Origin: an uncultured Bacillales bacterium
GTDB taxonomy: Bacteria > Bacillota_I > Bacilli_A > RF39 > UBA660
Length of the DNA: 61,371 nucleotides
Reading direction: 5' to 3'
NCBI GenBank assembly: GCA_947306705.1
Contig: CAMZHD010000001.1
Span: forward strand, 1 to 61,371
Notes under the pieces: model-generated
What the model was told of the DNA's origin: nothing
The model's input: the letters and a program-made list of their open reading frames with translations, nothing else
Databases searched by the model: none
Made by a program: the position numbers and the translations under genes
Part shown: positions 8,463 to 16,610 of the stretch, in pieces
How the letters are laid out: every line of letters starts with the position of its first letter
Numbering within the stretch: position 1 is the first letter of the stretch

Positions 8463-9338
8463 TTATATTCTTTCTTTAATACTTTGAGCAAATGTATGGA
8501 TTATTTTCTTTTTGATTTTTGGATCTTCTATTTTTCTTGTCAGAAGATCGGGTTCTGTTAATTCCACTTCCATTACTTTTGCTTTTCCATTTGAGAGGAT
8601 CATGTCTACTCTCATATATAAATAATCTTTGTATTCTTCTAGTTGTTCTACTCTTTGAGCTAATTCTAATATTTCTCTTGGAACTTCTTCTACAAATTCT
8701 GTTTTTCTCTTTTCATGAAATACACTTGGAAATCGTTTCATTGTATGAGTTAGTTTTCCATTTATAAAGATACATGAATATTCTCCGTCTAGGATTCCTT
8801 CTTGATAGGGTTGAATCATAATCTTACAATCTGGATTCTCTTCTAAAATTCTATGATAGGTTTCCTCTACTGCTTCCAGTGGAATTGAATTTTTTCCTTC
8901 TCCATTGATTCGAAACGTATTTTCTCCACTTCCAGAAATCGATGGCTTTATGACGAAGGGAACTCCTTGATCCTTTTTCATAAGACTTCTTATTGAATCT
9001 TCTAATCCATCTTTTGATAAGAAGGTTGTTTCTACATGATCGATTCCATGTCTATCTAATAGTTGAAATTGTCTATCTTTTTTTATATTTTCTAAAAGAA
9101 TCTCTTTCTTATTACACATGGGCATTTTTGTATTATTTAACCAACTAATAAATTCTTGATAATGATTTTGATATCCCCAAATAGAACGAATGACTAATAA
9201 GTCATAATCCAAGATTGGTTTTTGCCAAGAAATGATATCTGCTTCTATTCCCATTTCTCTTAAAAATTCTTTAAGATTTTGATCTTCTTCTATTTTCCCT
9301 TTCCATTTATCACAGGATACAATGCCTACTTTTTTCAT
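8463..9338 (-). CDS. ATP-grasp enzyme, RimK/glutathione-synthetase-like, 291 aa
   Basis: PFVIKPSISGSGENTFRI nucleotide-binding strand and loop, C-terminal MRVDMILSNGKAKVMEVELTEP. Start is 1 nt after the upstream stop (TAAAATG). Confidence 0.65.
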   Translation of the reverse strand: MKKVGIVSCDKWKGKIEEDQNLKEFLREMGIEADIISWQKPILDYDLLVIRSIWGYQNHYQEFISWLNNTKMPMCNKKEILLENIKKDRQFQLLDRHGIDHVETTFLSKDGLEDSIRSLMKKDQGVPFVIKPSISGSGENTFRINGEGKNSIPLEAVEETYHRILEENPDCKIMIQPYQEGILDGEYSCIFINGKLTHTMKRFPSVFHEKRKTEFVEEVPREILELAQRVEQLEEYKDYLYMRVDMILSNGKAKVMEVELTEPDLLTRKIEDPKIKKKIIHTFAQSIKERI

Positions 9339-9339
9339 T

Positions 9340-10866
9340 TTATTTCAACTTCCTTAAACATTTATTCATGGCACCCATGTGATCAACTAATTCATCTCTT
9401 TCAAGGGCAGATGTTACTCTACCCACTAATTGATCTGTGTTTGGAAAGGAAATGGATTGACCTAAGATAATCTTTATTTTTTGTTGTTCATACATATATT
9501 TTAATAATTCTAATTCTGAAGTAATGACTCTTCCATCTGCTTCTTTATTTTTTAATTCCGTATAATCTAATAATTCAAAGAATCCTGAGTCAGGGATTGT
9601 TCCTTTTACGAAATGAACTCCTGGGATTCCTTCTAATAATTCTCCTGGATTTAAATCAGAAGAAGCATATCTCCTAATATCTTTTTCTACTTCTCTTCTG
9701 ATTCTAGGATCTTCAATGCAGTCTATTCCTTCTACTAATCCTTTTAATAATTCTAATCGATACTTATATTCTTCAATAATTGGATTGAAATAATTCTCAT
9801 ATGCTTGGTATCTCTCTGGAGATGCATTAAAAGCTGCTCCTAAAGCGACTCCTTGTAGTAAAGGAGAAGAATCCATATTTTGGAATATATAATTACGGAT
9901 TCCACGGATAATGGTTTCATCTGCGATTACCATTCCAGATCTTAGGGAAGCTAATCCATAACACTTAGATAATCCTGTAATAGATATTGTATTTCGAAAG
10001 AATTTTTCAAAAGAAGCCATTGGTAGAGATAAATCCTCTCTATCATATGTTAAGTCTCGATAAATCATATCATCGATTACAAATACTCCTTTTTCTAAAC
10101 AAACATCTCCTATTTTTTCTACTAATTCTTTCTTTTTACCATTCATTACTTTTCCTAATGGATTGTGTGGATTTTCATTTAGAAATGCTACAACTCTAGG
10201 AGTGTAATCTAATTTTCCTTCAAATTTCTTTTTTAACTCGGCATTTAACTCATCAATTCTTTTTGATAATTTTTCTGGATTTACATACCAATCATCTTCT
10301 TCGGATAAAGGTAATATTTCTACAGTAGCCCCTGAACTACGTTCTGGAACAAATGTGAATAATCCATAGTTAGGTCCTGTCATTAAAACAACGTCATAGG
10401 GTCTTGCGATTAAATTCATAATAATATTAAATGCTTGTGTCGTAGATACCGTAAAAATAACATTATTCTCATTTAAACCATTTGGGCTTTTGAATCCTTC
10501 TTTTTCTAGATACTCAACGATTCTTTTTCTAGATTCTTCATCTCCTGCGGCTAGTGGATATTCATACATATTATCCATTTCTATTAAGTCAATCATTGCC
10601 TTTTTACAAGGTTCAAAGATTTTTGTCTTCATAGGGCTTCCCCCACCAAGAGATTTCGTTTCCATTCCTCTGATTCTTTCATTTTCTAATTGATAGAGTT
10701 CGTTTCCATAAATAGAAAATGCATCATATATTCTTTTTACTTCTGGAGAAAATGGTTCTTTATCTGCTCGTGCTCCTAGATTTGGTAATCCTCTTACTTT
10801 ATATCTTAAAGATGGATTTTCTTCTAGAAATCTTTCAATTGAATCAATCTTATCCATGTTTCTCAC
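9340..10866 (-). CDS. PLP-dependent aminotransferase, class I/II fold, with a ~100-aa N-terminal extension
   Basis: NPHNPLG motif, DDMIYRDL, and a Schiff-base lysine context ITGLSKCYGLASLRSG. An alternative start is 9 nt downstream. Confidence 0.8.
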   Translation of the reverse strand: MRNMDKIDSIERFLEENPSLRYKVRGLPNLGARADKEPFSPEVKRIYDAFSIYGNELYQLENERIRGMETKSLGGGSPMKTKIFEPCKKAMIDLIEMDNMYEYPLAAGDEESRKRIVEYLEKEGFKSPNGLNENNVIFTVSTTQAFNIIMNLIARPYDVVLMTGPNYGLFTFVPERSSGATVEILPLSEEDDWYVNPEKLSKRIDELNAELKKKFEGKLDYTPRVVAFLNENPHNPLGKVMNGKKKELVEKIGDVCLEKGVFVIDDMIYRDLTYDREDLSLPMASFEKFFRNTISITGLSKCYGLASLRSGMVIADETIIRGIRNYIFQNMDSSPLLQGVALGAAFNASPERYQAYENYFNPIIEEYKYRLELLKGLVEGIDCIEDPRIRREVEKDIRRYASSDLNPGELLEGIPGVHFVKGTIPDSGFFELLDYTELKNKEADGRVITSELELLKYMYEQQKIKIILGQSISFPNTDQLVGRVTSALERDELVDHMGAMNKCLRKLK

Positions 10867-12679
10867 CTCTTTTTTTACAATATTCTTTTGCTTTTTCTAA
10901 TTCTTCTTCATATTCTTTTTGTACTTCTGGATCATCTGAATGAAGATACGTATCTATGGTTCCATCTTTAAACACTCTTATGAACCAGTCATAGGTACAT
11001 GTTGTGTAATCTTCTTCTTTCCCAGAAATTTGTCCATAATAATAAATCATACTTTCTCTTGTCGTTTCTTGAAACTTTGCAAATCTCAAGGAGATTAATA
11101 TTTTCTCTATTTCTCTATAATTATAATCATTTCCATCATGACGAGTTCTTTTAAAGATTTGATTGGTTTGATCACTATAAAGAGTATCTGGAATATATAA
11201 TTTTAAATCATGAATGGTTTTTTCTTCTTTTAAAGATACTAATCCTTGATAGGAATCAATTCCATTATAATATTGATGATTATCCTTTAGAATGGGATTA
11301 ATAATAAATGGTAATCTATTTTGATTATATGGAATTGTATTTTGATTGGTTAATCCGATAATAGAACCGATTAATTCAGGATCTTGATTTACAATTTCTT
11401 CTAATGCTTGTTTTACTGCTTCATAAAGTTTTCTACCTAGAATTTCATTTGGTACTCTTTTACTGGTTTCAATTCCTTGGGCTACTAGTACATTTCCATT
11501 TCTCATGAGTAATACCATACCAAAGTCTTTGTACTCTTCTGTTGAGATGGATAATAATCTCATATGAGGATTCGTTAAGAAATTATTAAAAAGAATAAAA
11601 GCATCTCCATTAATTCTAAAACAGTTTCCTGCTCGATATCCCATGACTAAGTTTCTTGGATCTTTTAAAGGAATCATTTCAAATGAATAATTTCCAATTT
11701 TCGGAATATCCACCTTTTTAATAGAAGACTTTGTCTTTTGTTTTAGTTTATCATTGTATGCTTGTAAATTCTTATCTATTACTTTTGATTCTTTCTCTGT
11801 AATATCATATTTATGATAATAAGAAGAAATCATATCTTGTAGAATATCTCCACTTAATTCTGGATTTTCTAATCTAGGAGATAAATATCTTTCTTTTAAT
11901 AATAAAATCACTTTGTTTCTATTTAGTTTATTTCCTAGTTTCTCTATAAATGCTTCTAAGGAATTATAGAAATAATCAAAGTTTAGGAATATTTCATTTA
12001 ATTCTCCTGAAAGCATTAATCTCATTGTATTATTTTGATCTTTTTTATTTCCAAATAAGAATTCTTGGAATACTTCTGTCTTTTCTCTTTTAGGATTTAA
12101 GTTTCCAAATAAGAAATGAATTGTTTCATAATCTACTTCTCCATATTTATTGGATAATAAATCAATTGAATTATTTAATCCAATAGAGAGAATCATTTTT
12201 ATTGCGATTCTTCTGATTTCTTCTTCTACTGGATGAGGAACTCTTTTTAATTTCCATTCTGGTCTTTCTTCTACACTCTTTTTAATAGGTAATTCTGAAT
12301 TAGAGTATTCTATGTTTTGTATCAAATTACTAATATATTTAATCTGTCTTTCTGGCACTTCAAAATAATCAGATGCTTGAATGGAATCGTCTGATAGAGA
12401 AACTTCACTTTTCTTTAAGAAGTTAATTAAATCATAAATATCTTTTGATTTCAAAGTATTCAATAATTCATCATATTCATTACTATGAAGAGTATGCATA
12501 AATAATCGGTAAAAATCTCTTGGCATTGATGTTCCATAATAATGATCTAAAAAGTATTTTAAAAGAGTAATATCTTCATAGGGAACTCTTGATAAAATTA
12601 AGTATAATTCAAAGATGTGAAAACTATTTAATTTCTTCTTACTTAAATTGTATAATCTTTGTTTTGCATTGGTTTTCAT
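10850..12679 (-). CDS. Hypothetical 609-aa cytoplasmic protein, first gene of the operon
   Basis: Long ORF with no motif I can assign. Start set to the second ATG (12679), after a GAGG SD. It overlaps the aminotransferase start by 17 nt. Confidence 0.45.
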   Translation of the reverse strand: MKTNAKQRLYNLSKKKLNSFHIFELYLILSRVPYEDITLLKYFLDHYYGTSMPRDFYRLFMHTLHSNEYDELLNTLKSKDIYDLINFLKKSEVSLSDDSIQASDYFEVPERQIKYISNLIQNIEYSNSELPIKKSVEERPEWKLKRVPHPVEEEIRRIAIKMILSIGLNNSIDLLSNKYGEVDYETIHFLFGNLNPKREKTEVFQEFLFGNKKDQNNTMRLMLSGELNEIFLNFDYFYNSLEAFIEKLGNKLNRNKVILLLKERYLSPRLENPELSGDILQDMISSYYHKYDITEKESKVIDKNLQAYNDKLKQKTKSSIKKVDIPKIGNYSFEMIPLKDPRNLVMGYRAGNCFRINGDAFILFNNFLTNPHMRLLSISTEEYKDFGMVLLMRNGNVLVAQGIETSKRVPNEILGRKLYEAVKQALEEIVNQDPELIGSIIGLTNQNTIPYNQNRLPFIINPILKDNHQYYNGIDSYQGLVSLKEEKTIHDLKLYIPDTLYSDQTNQIFKRTRHDGNDYNYREIEKILISLRFAKFQETTRESMIYYYGQISGKEEDYTTCTYDWFIRVFKDGTIDTYLHSDDPEVQKEYEEELEKAKEYCKKRGEKHG

Positions 12680-12701
12680 GGAACCCCTCATTCGGCTTCC
12701 T

Positions 12702-12735
12702 ATTATACCACAAAATAAAAAGAATTCAAACTATG
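12702..12735 (-). promoter_or_regulatory. Putative sigma-A promoter of the 10-gene operon
   Basis: The minus strand reads TTGAAT-16 nt-TATAAT with a TGG extension (TGGTATAAT, 12710->12702). The -35 lies inside the upstream terminator stem. Confidence 0.5.
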
Positions 12736-12745
12736 AATTCTTTTT
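12711..12745 (-). terminator. Rho-independent terminator of the surface-protein gene
   Basis: 7-bp stem AGAATTC/GAATTCT (12721-12741) with the stop codon in the loop. The minus strand continues TTTTTATTTTG. Confidence 0.6.
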
Positions 12746-15700
12746 ACTTGTATATTTCATCATAATCATAAATCCACTGATTAGTAAGATACTTGCGATG
12801 ATCTTAGAGATGAATCCTTTGGTTGCGAATGTATCAGGAGCTACAATACCTTCTCTTGCTCTTACGGTTACTAGTACTTGAACATCTTGTCCAGCAAATT
12901 GAATGGTTACTGTTTGCTCTCCTACTTTGGAAGAATCAAATCCTGATACTGTATATTGTCCTGGATAATCTGCCAATTCAACATTACTTGTTTCGCCATC
13001 GTCATATTGAAGTTTTAGAATCAATCCAGAAACATCAAAGGAATCTCCTTGTACATAAGATGTGATTTCAGGTTGTTGGATGATTTCTGCACTTGTAACA
13101 TTTCCAATGTCATAATCTTCTTCTGGTTCTTCTTCTTGATTATAAATAGTGACTTTAAAGGTTGTTTCAAATCCTTTATAAAGAACACGAAGAGTTTGCT
13201 CTCCTAACTTTGAATTATCAAAGTCTAATACCGTTATTTCACTATTGGTCATTTCTATTTCTTCTGTAGAATTATCTGATTTAGTGACTGTGATTTTTCC
13301 ACCATTCAGATTTAAGTTCTCTTGATATTGTTTATAGTTTCTTTGAGATGGAACTTGAGTGACTTCAATCTTTTGGATTTTTACTTCTGCTTTTGATACT
13401 GTTACTGTGAATGTTGCGGTTTTCTCTTGATATTTTACGGTAATTGTCTTGTTTCCTTCTTCTGTACTAGAGAATCCTGATACGGTAACATTACTATTAC
13501 TCATATCGATGATTTCATATTCTATCGTTGTAGTTTCTCCCACTGTTTTATTATATTTGGCTTTTATCTTTCCACCAGTTAGTACTAGTTCTTCTCCAAT
13601 TAAATAACTTGTTTTATTTGGATTACTATAAACTGTTATACTATCAAGAGTTTTTACTTCTGTTGGATCTGGTGCACTATTTACGATTATTTCCATTGTT
13701 GCTGATTTTCCACCAACTGTTAACGTAACGGTTTTCGTTCCTGCTGTTGCGGAATCAAATCCCGTAACTGTTACACTTTGATCAGTCATATCTACATTTG
13801 ATGTCATTCCATTATTGTAGGTTTTGATAATTTCTCCACCTGTTAGATTTAGAGATTCTCCTACTTGATAAACTATCTTACTTGGATATTGTCCTATATG
13901 AATTGATTTTAATTCTACAGTTGTTACAACTACAGTAAAGGAAGTCGTTTTTTCTTGATAAGTAACTTGGATAGTTTGTTCTCCTGCTGTATTTATATTA
14001 TATCCTGATACCGTTACTTCACTATTAGACATACTAATATCTTTTGTGGAATTATCAGAATACGTTACTTTGATAACTCCTCCTGCTACACTTAATTCTT
14101 CTCCTACAAAGTAACTTGTTTTTGTTGGATTTGTTTTTACAGAGATAGAAGTAATCGTAATTGCATTGACTGTTACTTGGAAGGAAGTAGATTTTCCTTT
14201 ATACGTAACGTTAATCGTTTGATCTCCTACTTTATTCGCATCATATCCTGTAATGGATACACCACTATCTTTCATCGAAATATCTTCTGTGTCTCCATTA
14301 CTCTTGGTTACGGTAATCACTCCTCCTGTAACATCTAATGTTTCTTTTTGAAGATAAGTAGTTTTTGTTGGATTTGTTTTTACTGTGATTTTTGTAATCT
14401 CTGTGATTACTTTTTCAGGTCTTAAAATGACATAAGCATCTTTTCCAAATAATGTTTGATAATTTGCATAATTATAATTTGTATCACTAGCTGGTCCATC
14501 AAATAAATATGTTTCAAGTGCTAAATTATTATTTGTATAATATTCTTTTGTAAATTCATTTCTCTTATAAGAATTATCTTTATGATTGACTCCTACAAAT
14601 TTTCCATTTTCTCCATTTGCATCTGTTAAATAGATAAATGCATATAGACCATTTTCTTTTGTATAACGTAAAGCTTCTTTTGTACTAGCTTTATCCATTG
14701 AATAGATTAATACATCTCCTACTTTAAAGTGACCAGATGCGATTGTATTTGCTCTATTAATTCCAGAAATATAGGTTCCCTTATTTTTTCCTCTCCAATT
14801 TGGGAATACATAATAATATTCGGTAGAACTCTTTTCTACTTTCGTTAACTTATTCCAATAATTATTTAGAATCATGTCTGTATAGATTTTATAATCTCCT
14901 GCAGTATTTAATTGAACCCGACTTGCTTTACCGGAAGGAACACTCATCATTTTATTCAAATAATCTCCATTAGAAGGACCAAACTTCGTGAAAGAAAAAG
15001 GTAAATCTTCTCCATATACACATTCATATGTTTTTTGAATTAAAGATAAAGATGAATATTTGCTTTTTAAATTATTATAACAAGTTCTATATTCAGCATC
15101 TGTTTTCGAAGTTGTATTAATAATTTCATGACGAACGGTACTTGTTTTAATAAAATAGTTTTCATCTAATGCATAGTTTTTATCTATTACATATACTTTT
15201 CCTTCTGCATTGATAAATTTTCCAATATTAGCAGTATCATTCTTTACTTTTACTTTGTATTTTAAGACAATCTCTTGGGTAGGCTCTAACTTTGTAATTT
15301 TCCAAGTAATGGTTCTTGTATTAGCATCATAAGTTCCTTTCTGAGAATCATCTATGGATGATGCTACATAATCAACTTCTGGTGGTAGAGTTTCTTTTAC
15401 ATAAAATTCTTTATAAGTAGACTTCTTACTTGTTCCATTGATTACAGAAAGATTACTATTGTTTATAATTCGAATTGTATATGTTATTGGATCATTTAAT
15501 ACGACACTATTATTATCATATTTTGAAGATGTTTTTGCGATAAAGATTCCAGGTAAATGTAATCTAGCTTTACTTGTTCTTTGATTTTCTGGCCAAGCAA
15601 TGTCATAATTGAAAACTGCTTTTCCATCAGAACCTTTATAGAAGGCTCTTGTAATAGAACACATATTCGTTGTGCAAGCAACAATTCCATCATTTACAAA

Positions 15701-16522
15701 TTTTTTATATTCAGATAACCATCTCCAATGAAGGGTTCCTTCATAAGGCATATAGGCACTTGTGATGTCTAAGATACCATTATTACTATTTTTTGATTTA
15801 CGGAAATATAATTGATGTAATTTTGTTTCTGTTGGATCAATTTTTGTTTTTACTTTTTTTCCACCAGTTCCTGATTCTACTAATAAGGCATCTACTTTTT
15901 TACCATCTGAATATTTAAAATCATATACTAATAAGACATGTCCATCATAAGAAACAATATCTCCTGGACGTAATACTTTTAAAAAGTTTGATAATTTTTT
16001 GATATTACTTAATTCTAATTTATTTGGGTTGTAGTAGTAAGGATCTTTATCAAGATCTTCATTGTAGTAGTAGATAACATATTCTCCTCTACATCCTACT
16101 TTTGGATCTTCACTACTTGGTTTTAGGGTTTTACATTCTTTCCCTACAACATTTTTTTCAGGATTTCCATATAAATAGAATTTTGCTTCATTGACATAAG
16201 CAGAAGATCCTGAAGGAGTATAGGCTCCTGGTACTCCATCATCTTCATTATTCGATTTGAATCCAAAGGCTTCCATAATCGCATCATTTGAGAATCCACT
16301 ACATACAGAATATCCGTTATCTTGTACTGTTGAATCTTCTGGGTGTCTTAATACTTCATATGTATTCTTTGAGGAATTGTATTGTCTATAAGATCCTCTC
16401 ATATACCATGCTTGCATGGACTGACGAATGGCTTCTTGTGCATCGTTATAAGTAAATTCTTCTGCATGAACTGAGAATGGTATTAATAATAAACATAAAA
16501 ACAAAATAACTTTATTCTTCAT
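12731..16522 (-). CDS. Large cell-surface protein: signal peptide, Cys/His papain-like-looking N-terminal modules, DUF11-like repeat, six Ig-like (Big_3-type) repeats, C-terminal membrane anchor
   Basis: Signal peptide MKNKVILFLCLLLIPFSVHA. YSVCSGFSNDA plus RPGDIVSYDGHVLLVYD form a Cys...His pair. ITYTIRIINNS...ITWKITKLEP is DUF11-like. There are six ~81-95-aa repeats of type TNPTKTxY..GE.L...GG.I.V.Y.....DI.M....VTVSG.D....G.QT..V.Y. The tail is a hydrophobic segment plus KYTSKKNS, with no LPXTG. Confidence 0.8.
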   Translation of the reverse strand: MKNKVILFLCLLLIPFSVHAEEFTYNDAQEAIRQSMQAWYMRGSYRQYNSSKNTYEVLRHPEDSTVQDNGYSVCSGFSNDAIMEAFGFKSNNEDDGVPGAYTPSGSSAYVNEAKFYLYGNPEKNVVGKECKTLKPSSEDPKVGCRGEYVIYYYNEDLDKDPYYYNPNKLELSNIKKLSNFLKVLRPGDIVSYDGHVLLVYDFKYSDGKKVDALLVESGTGGKKVKTKIDPTETKLHQLYFRKSKNSNNGILDITSAYMPYEGTLHWRWLSEYKKFVNDGIVACTTNMCSITRAFYKGSDGKAVFNYDIAWPENQRTSKARLHLPGIFIAKTSSKYDNNSVVLNDPITYTIRIINNSNLSVINGTSKKSTYKEFYVKETLPPEVDYVASSIDDSQKGTYDANTRTITWKITKLEPTQEIVLKYKVKVKNDTANIGKFINAEGKVYVIDKNYALDENYFIKTSTVRHEIINTTSKTDAEYRTCYNNLKSKYSSLSLIQKTYECVYGEDLPFSFTKFGPSNGDYLNKMMSVPSGKASRVQLNTAGDYKIYTDMILNNYWNKLTKVEKSSTEYYYVFPNWRGKNKGTYISGINRANTIASGHFKVGDVLIYSMDKASTKEALRYTKENGLYAFIYLTDANGENGKFVGVNHKDNSYKRNEFTKEYYTNNNLALETYLFDGPASDTNYNYANYQTLFGKDAYVILRPEKVITEITKITVKTNPTKTTYLQKETLDVTGGVITVTKSNGDTEDISMKDSGVSITGYDANKVGDQTINVTYKGKSTSFQVTVNAITITSISVKTNPTKTSYFVGEELSVAGGVIKVTYSDNSTKDISMSNSEVTVSGYNINTAGEQTIQVTYQEKTTSFTVVVTTVELKSIHIGQYPSKIVYQVGESLNLTGGEIIKTYNNGMTSNVDMTDQSVTVTGFDSATAGTKTVTLTVGGKSATMEIIVNSAPDPTEVKTLDSITVYSNPNKTSYLIGEELVLTGGKIKAKYNKTVGETTTIEYEIIDMSNSNVTVSGFSSTEEGNKTITVKYQEKTATFTVTVSKAEVKIQKIEVTQVPSQRNYKQYQENLNLNGGKITVTKSDNSTEEIEMTNSEITVLDFDNSKLGEQTLRVLYKGFETTFKVTIYNQEEEPEEDYDIGNVTSAEIIQQPEITSYVQGDSFDVSGLILKLQYDDGETSNVELADYPGQYTVSGFDSSKVGEQTVTIQFAGQDVQVLVTVRAREGIVAPDTFATKGFISKIIASILLISGFMIMMKYTSKKNS
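12857..14407 (-). repeat. Six tandem coding repeats (~243-285 nt each) encoding Ig-like domains
   Basis: Repeat boundaries counted from the protein: 14407-14162, 14161-13919, 13918-13658, 13657-13385, 13384-13100, 13099-12857. Repeats 1 and 2 are also clearly similar at the DNA level (AAAACAAATCCAACAAAAAC...). Confidence 0.8.
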
Positions 16523-16541
16523 ATATTATCACCTTATTATT

Positions 16542-16570
16542 ATCATAGAATAAATGTAAACTTTTATCAA
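16542..16570 (-). promoter_or_regulatory. Putative sigma-A promoter of the surface-protein gene
   Basis: The minus strand reads TTGATA (16570->16565)-17 nt-TATGAT (16547->16542). SD AAGGTGA precedes the ATG at 16522. Confidence 0.55.
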
Positions 16571-16583
16571 TCTTTCTGTCAAA

Positions 16584-16610
16584 CAAAAAAAGAAGTTTAC
16601 ACTTCTTTTT
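16584..16610 (-). terminator. Rho-independent terminator of the 1170-aa gene
   Basis: Stem AGAAGT/ACTTCT with loop TTAC. The minus strand continues TTTTTTTGTTTG. It overlaps the stop codon. Confidence 0.7.

Noticed and set aside
12734-12856. VAPDTFATKG plus a hydrophobic tail of the 1263-aa protein, considered as a variant LPXTG sortase signal.
   Set aside because: The motif does not match any sortase class I know, and no sortase gene is in the window. A plain C-terminal TM anchor is the simpler reading.
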